DNA of 64,000 nucleotides from assembly GCA_963714855.1 (NCBI GenBank), contig CAVQPT010000012.1:45-64044 (forward strand), given 5' to 3'. Shown piece after piece: positions 30,679 to 41,987 of this stretch; the first letter of the stretch is position 1, and each line of letters opens with the position of its first letter. Below the pieces are notes generated by a model that saw only the letters and a program-made list of their open reading frames with translations, made no database searches and was not told the origin of the DNA. Position numbers and translations under genes: made by a program. Origin of the DNA: an uncultured Bacteroidota bacterium (GTDB taxonomy: Bacteria > Bacteroidota > Ignavibacteria > UBA10030 > UBA6906).

Positions 30679-32823
30679 ATGCGGTTTTGGAAGTTGTTGA
30701 TGCTGCTCCTCCCCCTTTGCCCGAGCCAGCCGCTGCACGGGCAGGTCACGGTCAGGGATGAATACCTGCGGCTGAAGGCCGGGGCGAATGATCCGTTGTT
30801 CACGACGTATGCGGCCTCGCTCGAGCGCTCCCGGTTCTTTGCCGACAAGGCGTATTTCATGGACTATTTCACGCCCGACAGGCCGATCACCTACAGCAGC
30901 CAGTATGCCGGCGACCTGACCGTGGTCTGGAAGTTCAACAACGTCGTGATAAGCAAGACGCGCGAGTTCGCGCGACCGCCCGTCGTTGTCGCTTCATTTC
31001 CGGACATGGCCATCCTGGAATACGAGCCGTTCTCACGGGTGAAGGTGCAGGAGACGTTCTGTGTCTACAGTTCAGGGTCGGCCATCATTGAATTGCACAT
31101 GGAGAATACCGGCCCTGTGCCGCTGTCGCTGATGGTCTATCCGCTCGTGCATCTGCCGAACGACTCAATGCGTGTCGTGCGGTACGATGCGCAGGCCGGA
31201 GGGTATCTGTTCACCCACCACGAACCACTCGTCCGGCTCCACAGCAATCTGTACAAGGACCGGGGGTATCCGACGGATTTCCGGAACCTGCTCACCGCCG
31301 TTCCGGGGCCCGACAGTTACGGCGCGTACGACGGTTGTTCGCTGGATGAGTACTATTTTGCCATCAAGCGCCTGAGCAAGGTCCACGAGAATGTCGCCGC
31401 GCTCAACCTCCTGCAGGATGGTCCGGCGGAAATCGTCTCACTGCAGAAGAACATCACGCTTCAGCCCGGGGCGAAGGCCACGGTGCGCTTCGTGCGGTCG
31501 GTGCAGGACGTGCGTGAGCCGGAGGCGGACCTGCTCACGGATGCCCGTGCGGCACAGAAAGCCGACCTCCAGCAGGCCTGCAACGGCAACGTGGAGCTCT
31601 TCCGCAGCGTGCCGCGCGTCAGGTTCAAAACCCATGCGGAAAAGCTGGTGTACCTGGGCGCCTACAACCTTGTGCGCCAGTGCATGCTGCCGGCCTCAGG
31701 ACAGACACCCCACAATTTCTACGTGTTCTCCCGCAACCCCGTCTGGGGCTGGGGGCACGGGCATCAGGTCATGCACGAGTCGCTCTCCATGATCCCGTAT
31801 GTCCGTCTCGATGCACGGTCGGCCGAAGAATCGCAGCGCGTGTATATGGACCAGCAATACGACGACGGCCTGATCGCCTACCGGCACGGTCCCCGGGGCC
31901 CGCAGGTCTATCCCCACGAAGGGGTCCCGACCACCTCCGCGCCGTTCTTCTCATGGACGAACTGGGAGATGTACGGCGTCACGAAGAACAGGGCCTTCCT
32001 GAAGGAAGCATACGATGCGGGTGCGCGGTACATACGGTACATGGAAACCGCCCGGGACCAGGACGGCGACGGCATGTATGAGTGGGGTCCCTATGGCATC
32101 ATCGAGAACGTGCGCGACGGATGGAACGTGGTCTTCCAGCTCTTTTCCGAAGGGGAGGACGAAGGGCGCGACATTTCGCACGAGCTGGATGTGCTCGACC
32201 TGACTGCGGAAATGGCCAATGAAATGTACTCACTCCGGGAGATGGCGCGCGAACTCGGGGATACGGCCGGAGTCCGCGAGTGGTCAGAGAAGTTCGACCG
32301 GACCGCGGGGTTGATCAACCGGTACATGTGGGACCCGAAAGACACGTTCTACTACAACGTGAGCATGGCAGACAACTCCTTCATGTTCGAGGGGGCCAGT
32401 CTCAAGCGGAAAGAACTGATCGGATTTCTCCCGCTCTGGGCGCACGTGGCCACGAAGGACCAGGCCCGGGAGCTGGTGAAACACCTGACCAACCCGGCCT
32501 CGTTCTGGCGCCGGTTCGGTGTCCCGACGCTCGCGGCCGACGATCCGCACTATACGCCCTTCGTCGACGGGTGCTGCCGCTGGAACGGCCCCGTATGGCT
32601 CCTCTGGGACTACATGGTGATCAGAGGATTGCGGAACTACGGCTACCACGCCCTCGCCAACGATGTGAGCAGGAAGGTGCTGGACGCCGTGACGCTCCAG
32701 CTCTCGATCAATCACCGGTTCTGGGAATCGTACAGTCCGGACTTCCCCGTTCAGGAAAGCCCGTCGAATTATATCTGGGACTCCATCATGGCAAACGTCC
32801 TGCTGGAGATGTATGCACAATAA
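30679..32823 (+). CDS. Exported GH63/MGH1-like glycoside hydrolase, paralogue of 23104-25863
   Basis: Shared N-terminal PLFTTYAASLERS, YVFSRNPVWGWGHGHQVMHESL, RDQDGDGMYEW..ENVRD, GFLPLWA, WNGPVW, WESYSP. Confidence 0.8.
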   Translation: MRFWKLLMLLLPLCPSQPLHGQVTVRDEYLRLKAGANDPLFTTYAASLERSRFFADKAYFMDYFTPDRPITYSSQYAGDLTVVWKFNNVVISKTREFARPPVVVASFPDMAILEYEPFSRVKVQETFCVYSSGSAIIELHMENTGPVPLSLMVYPLVHLPNDSMRVVRYDAQAGGYLFTHHEPLVRLHSNLYKDRGYPTDFRNLLTAVPGPDSYGAYDGCSLDEYYFAIKRLSKVHENVAALNLLQDGPAEIVSLQKNITLQPGAKATVRFVRSVQDVREPEADLLTDARAAQKADLQQACNGNVELFRSVPRVRFKTHAEKLVYLGAYNLVRQCMLPASGQTPHNFYVFSRNPVWGWGHGHQVMHESLSMIPYVRLDARSAEESQRVYMDQQYDDGLIAYRHGPRGPQVYPHEGVPTTSAPFFSWTNWEMYGVTKNRAFLKEAYDAGARYIRYMETARDQDGDGMYEWGPYGIIENVRDGWNVVFQLFSEGEDEGRDISHELDVLDLTAEMANEMYSLREMARELGDTAGVREWSEKFDRTAGLINRYMWDPKDTFYYNVSMADNSFMFEGASLKRKELIGFLPLWAHVATKDQARELVKHLTNPASFWRRFGVPTLAADDPHYTPFVDGCCRWNGPVWLLWDYMVIRGLRNYGYHALANDVSRKVLDAVTLQLSINHRFWESYSPDFPVQESPSNYIWDSIMANVLLEMYAQ

Positions 32824-32832
32824 TGTGGTATC

Positions 32833-34983
32833 GTGGAGGTACTTTCACATGAACGCGCCTGTGAGGTGTGCAGAAAGGTTGCTCTGGCCGCAGTGGTGAT
32901 GACCGCAATCGTGGGATCGCACGTGACGGCACAGATCACCCGTGTCCTTCCGTTTGATATCAACGATCAGATCCAGCTCGGCAAAGCCACCGTGAGCGTG
33001 GTCCCGTCAACCGGCAGCGATTCGACCAAGCCCTTCGACGGCAATCAATTCACCGAGTACGCCCAGAATTCCTCCGACTCGCTGGTCTTCACGGTGGCAT
33101 TCGACTCCGTCGTGTCCATCGTGAAGAGCAAGGTGTTCCTCTGGAACGGCGGGACGTGGCGGCTCGAGGGGGCCACGTCTCTGGCCGATCTGAACGGGAA
33201 GACGGGCTCGTACGCTCTTCTCGTCAACGATCGCCCCTACTCCTTCTTTGCCTGGGATTCGCTGGCATTCCCCGCACAGGATGTCCGGTTTCTGCGGATG
33301 CGGGCGTTCAACCCCGGCGGGCCGGGTGTGTACCTGGGGGAGTGGACGATCGAAGGGAACGTGACCTATACGAACTTCGTGATCTATCCGTCGCCCCTGT
33401 TGCTCGTCCCGGGCGCGAGCACGAAACTGACGATCAAGGTCAGGGACGACCGCGGCAAGGTGTCGCCGAACTTCCTTACCGAACCACTCGATTACGGCAC
33501 GGCCAATCCGTCGATCGCGCGCGTGGAGCAGGATGGGACCATCGCAGGGGTGGCGCTGGGAAATACGACGGTCACCGTGCGCACGGACGGGAACACGCTT
33601 TCGGGTTCGGCTCCCGTTTCGGTGGTCGATGACTTCCGGTCGCAGAAGGTGGCTCCCATGACCATCAAGGTGGCGGTGGTCTACCAGGATCCCATGCTCC
33701 CGTCCACCAACAGGATTCATGAAGAGTTCAACTGGCGCGACCCCCGTGTCCTTGCTCAGTCGCTGATCCGGCATTTCCGCGAAGCCACCGACAGTGTTGT
33801 CAATTTCCAGCTCACGGAAGTGGTCGAAGCAACACAGCTGTTTACACGTCTGCGGGGAGTCTACATGACAGTTCCGCAATACGTCGCTCTGCTCAAGGAA
33901 CCGGGGTGGCCCACGCTCCGCGCGGCCTCGGATTCAGGGCTGATCGGCCTGGATTACCGGGAGTTCGTGAAGTTCTATCAGTTCGACGAAAAGCGCAACC
34001 GCGGTGAAATCGACGAAGTGTGGGTTTTTGCGGCTCCCTTCCTCGGGATGTACGAGTCGCAGCTGATGGGCCCGAACGCGTTCTGGTGGAATTCCCCACC
34101 GATCAAAGACGGAACCGCGCTGACACGGCTCCTCTCGGTCATGGGACTCAACTATGAGCGCGGTGTGGACCAGGCATTCCACAGCTTCGGCCATCGCTCC
34201 GAGAGCGCCATCATCAAGGCCTACCAGGACGCTCAGGGCAGGCCCTGGAACCCGACATCTCCCAACCCGACACCGTGGGACCTCTTCACGAGGGTCAACA
34301 AAGACCTCCCCGGCCTGGCGCACGTCGGGAACATCCACTTCCCCCCGAATGGCACGCACGACTATAACTATGGCAACACCACGCTGGTCACGTCGTTCGC
34401 GGAAAACTGGTACCGGTACCCCATTCTTTTCAATATGAGCAGCCAGGTGAACGTCTCGACTTGGCTTTACACGCCGGGCGAGCCGCTTGCCGAGGGGAAT
34501 GATCACCTGGGGTATCTCCGCTGGTGGTACGGTCACCTGCCGCGGTATGTCGGTGTCACCGACGGCGTGCTCAACAACTGGTGGCACTATATCGTGGACT
34601 ATGAAGGCGCGGTTGCTCTTGCGCAGGCGACATCCGTGGACGAGCGGCGCACATCCGGGGCGGGAAAACCTGAAGGGTTCTTGCTGGAGCAGAACTTTCC
34701 CAATCCGTTCAATCCGGGCACCACGATACGATACCGTGTCGGCGGAGGCGCGAGCGGAAGTGCCGGCGGGTCGAGTACAGGGTATGGCGCGGGGGCCGGC
34801 TGGGTGCGGCTTGCTGTGTACGATATCCTGGGGCGCGAAGTGGCCGTGCTGGTGAATGAACCGCAGGCACCGGGGGAGTATGCCGTCAGTTTTAACGGCG
34901 CCGGTCTCTCGAGCGGAGTCTATCTGTACCGCATGACGGCCGGCGCAGATATCCGGACCCATAAAATGATTCTCATGAAGTGA
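32833..34983 (+). CDS. T9SS-secreted protein: discoidin-like domain, Ig-like (Big_2) domain, uncharacterised HSFGH domain and CTD (start uncertain; SD plus ATG at 32849 is in another frame)
   Basis: ANPSIARVEQDGTIAGVALGNTTVTV (Big_2); IDEVWVF..GLNYERG..HSFGHRSES..GNIHFPPNG; CTD LEQNFPNPFNPGTTIRY..LSSGVYLYRM..KMILMK. Confidence 0.8.
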   Translation: MEVLSHERACEVCRKVALAAVVMTAIVGSHVTAQITRVLPFDINDQIQLGKATVSVVPSTGSDSTKPFDGNQFTEYAQNSSDSLVFTVAFDSVVSIVKSKVFLWNGGTWRLEGATSLADLNGKTGSYALLVNDRPYSFFAWDSLAFPAQDVRFLRMRAFNPGGPGVYLGEWTIEGNVTYTNFVIYPSPLLLVPGASTKLTIKVRDDRGKVSPNFLTEPLDYGTANPSIARVEQDGTIAGVALGNTTVTVRTDGNTLSGSAPVSVVDDFRSQKVAPMTIKVAVVYQDPMLPSTNRIHEEFNWRDPRVLAQSLIRHFREATDSVVNFQLTEVVEATQLFTRLRGVYMTVPQYVALLKEPGWPTLRAASDSGLIGLDYREFVKFYQFDEKRNRGEIDEVWVFAAPFLGMYESQLMGPNAFWWNSPPIKDGTALTRLLSVMGLNYERGVDQAFHSFGHRSESAIIKAYQDAQGRPWNPTSPNPTPWDLFTRVNKDLPGLAHVGNIHFPPNGTHDYNYGNTTLVTSFAENWYRYPILFNMSSQVNVSTWLYTPGEPLAEGNDHLGYLRWWYGHLPRYVGVTDGVLNNWWHYIVDYEGAVALAQATSVDERRTSGAGKPEGFLLEQNFPNPFNPGTTIRYRVGGGASGSAGGSSTGYGAGAGWVRLAVYDILGREVAVLVNEPQAPGEYAVSFNGAGLSSGVYLYRMTAGADIRTHKMILMK

Positions 34984-35077
34984 TCGGATACGTGTCCTGG
35001 AAAGCCATCGACTGTTTGTCCGGGCAGTATTGACCTGTTCTCCGGTGATTCGCTTGTCCACTTATGGGAAGTCTGGT

Positions 35078-38000
35078 ATGCGCATGCAACGATGTCTCCA
35101 GTTCCACCTCAATCTGCTGGCGGGGTGCTGTGTGGCGATGGTGCTTCTTCTGACCGCCGCGGTCCCGGTTACGCACGCGCAGCCGCCGGCACAGATCCGC
35201 GTGGGATATATCGTGACAGCCGCGCGGATTAGCGCGGAAGACCAGGCCGCCATCGACTGGCTTACCGCCAACCGGCGGTTCAGCGTGAGCGTGTCGTACG
35301 CCTCCCGCCCCTCCTGGAAACTCCCCGTCTGTGACGTGCTGTGGCTGCATTGTCCGGATGCCGGAGAATATCGTGCGATGCAAGCGCGCCCTGCCTTCAT
35401 GCAGGCGCTCCGCACGGCGCTTGCCCGATCGGGAAAAATCGTTGCCACGGACTACGCCGCCTTCCTTCCTGCGGACCTGGGCATCGAACCTGTCCGCCCC
35501 GTGGTGAGATATGACACCCTGCAGAACGACTGGTTGTGGGACAAGAAGGGGTATAACAGTTTCCGGGGGCATCCTCTCTTCAACGGACTGTTCGGCGGCG
35601 ACTATGTGTGGGATGCCACGGTCGATCAGATCCTTCCCATCGTCGGCTATTTCGGTGATGTGTGGCCCGCCAGGGGACGTGTGGTGGCGGTCGAAAAGTC
35701 GTATGTGTTCCTCCACGGGGAACGGAAGATCGCCATCGAACACAATGCCGGGACAGGGCGGATCCTTTCGCTGGGAGGGATGATCTATTTCTCGAAAGAG
35801 AACCACCTCCGCGGGAATCTCGAGCAGTTCATGGAGAACGCGCTGCTGCTACGCAGCCGGCGTCCATCTCGCGGAACCCGTGACCTTCTGGGAGCCGGCC
35901 GGCGCAGTACCGGTGCAGGCGCGGTTCGCATCCCGACCCCTGGTCCGCGCACCCCTCCGCATTCTCGATTCCCCCCGTACGGGAGACCTCCTCCTCAAAC
36001 GGGATTCCGCCGGGACGGAGATGTTCGACCTGGCAGGGCGACGGGCGCTGATCATGGGGAAAGAGCGCGGCGGGATCGATGAAGTGTGGGTCCATCCGAT
36101 CCGTATCCTGCGTGACTATGAAGCCGGGATCGTCTCCGGCGATACCGTGCTCTGGCTGAGCACCCTGTCGCCGGCCATTGAAGTCCGTCCGGCATCGTTC
36201 ACGCGGCGGTATGCTATCGGACCTCTGACTTTGACCGAGACGTTGTTTCCATCCCTCGGCCGGGCCGGTGGCGTTGCGCGCTACGGCTGTGACCGTCCTG
36301 TCCGCCTTGTCATCCGCTTCCGGTCCGATCTCCGGTGGATGTGGCCGTATGATGCCAGGGCGCTGGGCGCGTTGACATACGGCATGGATGCCGGGCTCCA
36401 GGCGCTGCACGTCAGCGACCGGTCGGGGGACTTCGCCTGTCTGTTCGGTGCGGATCAGACACCACGGACGGTCCTCGCCGGGCACTTCGCCCGCGTGAGC
36501 TGGACCGGAGGCGTTCTTGCGGGAACGCCCACCGGCGATATGGAAGTGGCGTTCGGAGCCGAGTACGAAGTGGGGAGCCAGGGACGAGAGTCACTGACCT
36601 TTGCGTTTGCCGGCACGAACGAAGGCTCCGTTGTGTGCGAGGGGGACTACAGGGCGCTTGCCGGCGATCCCGCTGCGGTCCACCGTGCACTCGCCGATCA
36701 CTACCGGTCGCTCCTCGCGCGGAGTGTCGGCATCACGTCCCCGGACACGGAGTTCAATGGACTCTATCAATGGGCGATCGTCGGGACGGACAGGTTTGTT
36801 GCGCGAACTCCCGGTGTGGGGACAGGACTCCTGGCCGGCTTCGGAACCGTGGCCCGCGGATGGAACGGCGCCCAGAAAATAAGCGGCAGGCCCGGATATG
36901 CCTGGTACTTCGGCCGTGACGCCGCATGGTCCTGTTTCGCCATCGACGACTATGGCGATCTCGCAACCGTGAAGCAGCAACTGGAACTCTACCAGTCGCT
37001 CCAGGACAGGACCGGGAAGATCTTCCATGAGCTGTCCACAAGCGGCGTGGTCCATTTCGATGCATCCGATGCAACGCCGATGTACGTCATGCTTGCAGAG
37101 CACTACATGCGCGCTTCCGGCGACACGGCATTCATCCGCGCAAGCTGGCCGCATGTTCGTAAAGCGATGGAGTTTCTCTTTTCAACGGATACCGACGGCG
37201 ACGGGCTGATCGAGAACACCGATGTGGGGCATGGGTGGGTTGAACCCGGAGGCGAACTCTTCGGGACGCACAGCGAGTACTATCTGTCCGTTCTCTGGAC
37301 GAAAGCGCTCGAAGGAGCGGCAGCCATGGCCGGTCTGGTGAACGATACAGCGCTGCGCGACCGGTACAGCAAACACGCAGAACGTGTCCGGCGGATCCTC
37401 AACACCGATTTCTGGATCCCGTCCACTCGATTCTTCAGCCACGGCAAAATGAAAGACGGGTCCTTTGCCGCCGAGCACACGGCCTTTCCGGCGGTGGGAT
37501 TGATCTGGGGGATGGTGGACGACGACAAAGCGCCATACCTCCTGAGGGAGTACGCAAGCAGCGATTTCTCGACGGACTGGGGAGTGCGCGGACTGTCGGG
37601 CGCCTCGAAGTTTTTCAAACCCCGGAGCTATCAGGAAGGAGCCGCATGGCCGTTGTTCACGGGGTGGACTGCCCTCGGTGAATTCGCGTACGGCAACTCC
37701 GTGCAGGGCTTCACGCATATCAGGGAATTGATGGCCATTAAGAATTTCTGGGCTCTCGGGTTTGTGGAGGAAGTCATGAACGGCGCTGTCTTCCGCCCGA
37801 GCGGTGTCTGCTTCCATCAGTGCTGGTCCGAGACGAATATCCTCCACCCCGTGATTGAAGGGCTCGTGGGATGGAAACCGGACGCTCTGTCAATGTCGGC
37901 TTCGCTTTCGCCCCGGTTCCCGGCCAATTGGGACAGCGTGCGTGTGGATCGCCTGCGGTCGGGTGCAACGCAGTTGAGCCTCACGATGAAGCGCCTTCCC

Positions 38001-38499
38001 GGACGGACGGTGTACACGATTCAGCGTGATGCGGGCCCTCCGTGTGCCGTAACATTCACACCGGAAATCCTTCCGGGAATGACCTGTTGACCGTGTGCTG
38101 ATCGACAGCGTGGCGTATAGCTGGAGCCCCGACACGGAGCGCGGGGTTCTGAAGAAAGCGATACAGGCAGAGGTAGCGGGCCAGGTGACCATAACGCTCG
38201 AACAGACCGGCGGCATCGCGATGCTGCCCGTCATCCCGCACCCGCTTCCGGGCGACAGCACGCGGTGGCACCGGCTGCTCGCGAGCGGCTGGAACAACGG
38301 CGCGCTTGTCGTTGAGGTGGAAGGGCGGGGTGGGACAACCGGCGTCTTCCCGTTCCGCGTGTTCGGACAGGGAACACCGGTCGCGTCCGGCGCTGAAATC
38401 CGCCGGAGCATCCGGCCCGACGAATGGGAGCTCCATGTGGTATTTGATCCCTCCGGGACAGCATTCACGACAACGACGGTTGCCGTGTCGCTTCGATAG
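35078..38499 (+). CDS. Exported amylo-alpha-1,6-glucosidase/GDE-like six-hairpin glycosidase with an N-terminal alpha/beta domain; frameshifts near 35850 and 38087
   Basis: GRPGYAWYFGRDAAW, GKIFHEL, DASDATPMY, DTDGDGLIEN, DWGVR, YQEGAAWPLFTGW, FHQCWSE across ORFs 35030-36082, 35880-38090 and 38095-38499. Confidence 0.8.
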
Positions 38500-38582
38500 A
38501 GTCGGTGAAGTGCCCACGCCGATGGCCGGCGGGCAACGAGATGTATTTCGCACGTGCTTGACTCAGGTTGGTAGGGGAACCT

Positions 38583-39655
38583 ATGGCAAAACGAAAACGC
38601 ACGACAGCAAAAGGGCGGCAGCGTCCCGGAGTCCGCGTGACCGAGCGCGACATTGCGAATGCACTCGGTCTCTCCACCATGACCGTATCGCGTGCGCTCA
38701 ACCAGAAGCCCAATGTCGACGAGAAAACACGGGCTCTGGTCGTGAAAACCGCCAAGCGCCTCGGATATCGTCCGAACGCAATTGCGAAGAGTCTGGTGCT
38801 GAACAAGACGTTTACGATCGGCGTGGTCGTCCCCGAAATCGCGCACTCGTTTTTCGCCGAAGCAATCTCGGGGATCGAAGAGGTGACGTACAAAGCGGGC
38901 TACCATCTTATCCTGACGCACTCGGCGGAAAGTGCGGAGAGGGAACGGGATGCCATACAGACGCTTGAATCCAAACGCGTGGACGGGATCCTCCTCTCTG
39001 TCGCACAGGGTGTGCGCGACACCGCCATGTACAAACAGGTGATGGACATCGGGGTCCCGCTGGTGTTTTTCGACCGTTGCATACGGGGCATCGGAGCGTC
39101 CTGTGTAACCATCGACGACGAAGAGACGGCCCGCGTGCTCACGCACCACATGATAGGCCACGGCTACAAACGTATCGCGCACATTGCGGGCCCGCAGCAT
39201 CTCTCCATCGGACGGGATCGCCTGGCCGGATTCAAGCGGGCACTTGAGGAGGGGAGTATCCCGTACGACAGCACCCTTGTCGTGAAAGCAGGTTTCCGTG
39301 AATCGGACGGCTACGCGGCCATGATAGAGCTGCTGGATCTGCCGGAAAGCCAGCGCCCGGAGGCCGTCGTGGTGATCAACGACCCCGCGGCATTCGGCGC
39401 GATCAAAGCGGTCCAGGACCGGGGCCTGACCGTCCCTGCCGACGTCGCCATCGTCGGATTCTCCGACGATATCCGCGCGTCCCTGGTCTCGGTCCCGCTC
39501 ACCACGATGCGGCAGCCGGCCTTCGATATCGGCAAAGCGGCCACCGAACGGCTGCTGGCGACGATCACAGGAACGTCGCCGTCACCGAAGATGTGATCAT
39601 CCAGACCTCCCTCGTCATCCGGAAGTCGTGCGGATGCGACGAAGTTATCGCCTGA
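38583..39655 (+). CDS. LacI-family transcriptional regulator (C-terminal frameshift near 39585)
   Basis: VTERDIANALGLSTMTVSRALN..LGYRPNAIAKSL, GYKRIAHIAG, VPADVAIVGFSD, PLTTMRQP; the alternative frame gives the typical end TSLVIRKSCG. Confidence 0.93.
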
Positions 39656-39667
39656 ACGTCCGATGGG

Positions 39668-40831
39668 ATGGCAACGATGAACCGGATGATCGAAATCGGT
39701 GTGCAGCTCGAGGAAATCGAGGCACGCCGCCGCCGGATCGAGCAGGTGAGGAGGTTCGAAGTGCCGGACCGGATACCTGTCATCCCTGCCATCGCCCATC
39801 GCTTCCTCGTGCCGATGACCGGGACATCGTTCAAAGACTACTACAGCGATCCGGAAACCATGCTCCGGACGCAGCTCCTTGCCCAGAAGTGGCTCATGGA
39901 GCACATCCGCACCGATGCATACTCCATAACCGGGCCCTGGGTCGGGGCATGGACGGATTTCCAGAACACGTTTGAAGCCGGCAGTCTGGGCTGCGATGTG
40001 ATTTTTCCGGATGACGATATCCCGTGGGTGGGGCCCGGATGGGTGTCCACCGACCAGGACCTCCGGACGCTGGAGGCGATGGACTTCATCCATTCCGGGA
40101 TCAACGCACGCCAGATCGCCTACCGCAAGCGGATGATCGAGGTGGCGGAGAAGTACCCCGTCCGCTTTCAGGGGGGTCCGGTGTCCTACCCCGGTCTTCA
40201 GCCCTCCCTCACCCATACGTGCGACGGCCCGTTCGGCATTGCCGGCGATCTGATGGGACAGACCGAGCTCTTCATTGCCGTGAAAGAACGTCCGGAGTTC
40301 GTCTGCGAACTCCTCCGCATCGTCACAGAAAAGATGATCGCTTACCTCGACTTCTGCTGGGAAGAGGAGAAGCTCCCGTCTCCGCGCGACTTTGCCTGGT
40401 CTGACGATCTTGCGGTAAATCTCTCGGCGCAGGCATTTCGTGATATCGTGCTGCCGTTCAACCAGCAGATCAGGTTTCATTTCGACGGCCGCCTGAGTTT
40501 TCATATGTGCGGAGCATCCAACCACCTGCTTGAGATCTTCATCGACGATCTGGCCATTCACGATTTTCTGGGTTTCGGCTATCAGGTGGATCTGCACCGT
40601 GTCGCGCGCGTGATGGGAGGGCGAGCGGTCCTGGTCGGGAACGTGAGTCCGATGCTGATCCATTCGGGTACGCCTGCCGAGGTCCGCGAGGCCACGCGCA
40701 CGGTCATCGAGGTGCTCGGCCCGCACCGGGGGCTGATCGTGTCGGACGGGAGCAATGTTCCCCCCGGAAGTCCCCTGGAAAATATCAATGCGATGATGGA
40801 GGCGGCGGAGCAGTATGGACGCGCAGAATAA
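39668..40831 (+). CDS. URO-D / MtaA-CmuA-fold protein 1
   Basis: PDRIPV, DGPFGIAGDLMG, SDD, FHMCG, LVGNVSP..GTPAEV, SDGSNVPPGSPLENINAM. Confidence 0.82.
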   Translation: MATMNRMIEIGVQLEEIEARRRRIEQVRRFEVPDRIPVIPAIAHRFLVPMTGTSFKDYYSDPETMLRTQLLAQKWLMEHIRTDAYSITGPWVGAWTDFQNTFEAGSLGCDVIFPDDDIPWVGPGWVSTDQDLRTLEAMDFIHSGINARQIAYRKRMIEVAEKYPVRFQGGPVSYPGLQPSLTHTCDGPFGIAGDLMGQTELFIAVKERPEFVCELLRIVTEKMIAYLDFCWEEEKLPSPRDFAWSDDLAVNLSAQAFRDIVLPFNQQIRFHFDGRLSFHMCGASNHLLEIFIDDLAIHDFLGFGYQVDLHRVARVMGGRAVLVGNVSPMLIHSGTPAEVREATRTVIEVLGPHRGLIVSDGSNVPPGSPLENINAMMEAAEQYGRAE

Positions 40832-41987
40832 CCTCCGGCGGGTGATGGACGCTTCCGTCGGCGGGCACCGGGCTTTCCTGGAGCGGATGTGGCATCTCGA
40901 AAACGCCGAACGGCCGGGATACATGTTCGGGTACGTCGGCCCACGGGTCAGGGGCGGAGAGCCGGTCAGGAGCGCGCTCTTCTCGGTGGACGGTGTAGGG
41001 ACGGTGCGCGAGCGGCTGCAGGACCCGGCGAAATTCCTGGATGCGCAGCTCACGGAACTTGCGGCCACGCTGGCCTTGCCCGGTGATGTCATCCCCTCTC
41101 TCTGTCCCGCGTTTGGTGTCGTGTCCATCCCGTCGGCTTTCGGCAGCGAAGTGATCTGGTGGGACGACAATCTTCCCGCGGCGAAACCGGCGTGTGACGG
41201 CGAACCGGAATCGGTTCTCGCGCTCCCCGATCCCTCGCTCGACAGCGGCGAGATTCCCAGGATCCTGGCCCATACCCGCTACTACATCGAACAGACCCGC
41301 GGCCGTGTGCCGATCCGTTTGACCGACGTGCAGGGCCCCCTCGATGCCGCTGCGCTGATTGCCGGACACACAGAATTCCTTTCGCTGATCAAGACCGATC
41401 CCGAAGCCGCCCACCACCTGCTGCAGCAGGTCACGGATTTCATCATCGCCCTGGTGAAAGCCCAGCGGAGTATTGTGAAAGACGGCGGCGTGGAGTTCGT
41501 CCCCAGTATGTTCCAGCCATGGCTCCCGGACGGGGAGGGGGTTTCCATTGCCAACGATGAATGCGTGATGCTCTCTCCGGAGCACCACGATACGTTCAGC
41601 GTACCGTATATGAACATGCTCTCCGAAGAGTTCGGCGGGGTGTTTATGCACTCCTGCGGCGACTGGACCCACCAGTTCAGCAGTCTCGACAGGGTGCACA
41701 ATCTCCGCGGGCTCGAATTCGGCGCCACCGAAGCCCATTATGAAAAAGTGCTCGGCCGCTACGGCGGACGGAAGGTCCTGGCCTGCAGGGTTGGATTGCA
41801 CAGGGACGTGAAGTTCGACGGCATGCCGGACTATGTCGACAAGATTCTGAAGGCAGCGCCCACCTACAGAGGGCTGTTCATCAATGTGGACGTCACGAAC
41901 GGCATCGTCGACGAGAGCTGGCCTGAAACCGACATTGCCGCAATTGCGCGGCGCATCGAAGCACTACCGTCAGACCCCAAGCCATGA
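40815..41987 (+). CDS. URO-D / MtaA-fold protein 2
   Basis: SAFGSEV, TDVQGPLDAAALIAG, ANDECVMLSPE, MHSCG. Confidence 0.75.
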   Translation: MDAQNNLRRVMDASVGGHRAFLERMWHLENAERPGYMFGYVGPRVRGGEPVRSALFSVDGVGTVRERLQDPAKFLDAQLTELAATLALPGDVIPSLCPAFGVVSIPSAFGSEVIWWDDNLPAAKPACDGEPESVLALPDPSLDSGEIPRILAHTRYYIEQTRGRVPIRLTDVQGPLDAAALIAGHTEFLSLIKTDPEAAHHLLQQVTDFIIALVKAQRSIVKDGGVEFVPSMFQPWLPDGEGVSIANDECVMLSPEHHDTFSVPYMNMLSEEFGGVFMHSCGDWTHQFSSLDRVHNLRGLEFGATEAHYEKVLGRYGGRKVLACRVGLHRDVKFDGMPDYVDKILKAAPTYRGLFINVDVTNGIVDESWPETDIAAIARRIEALPSDPKP

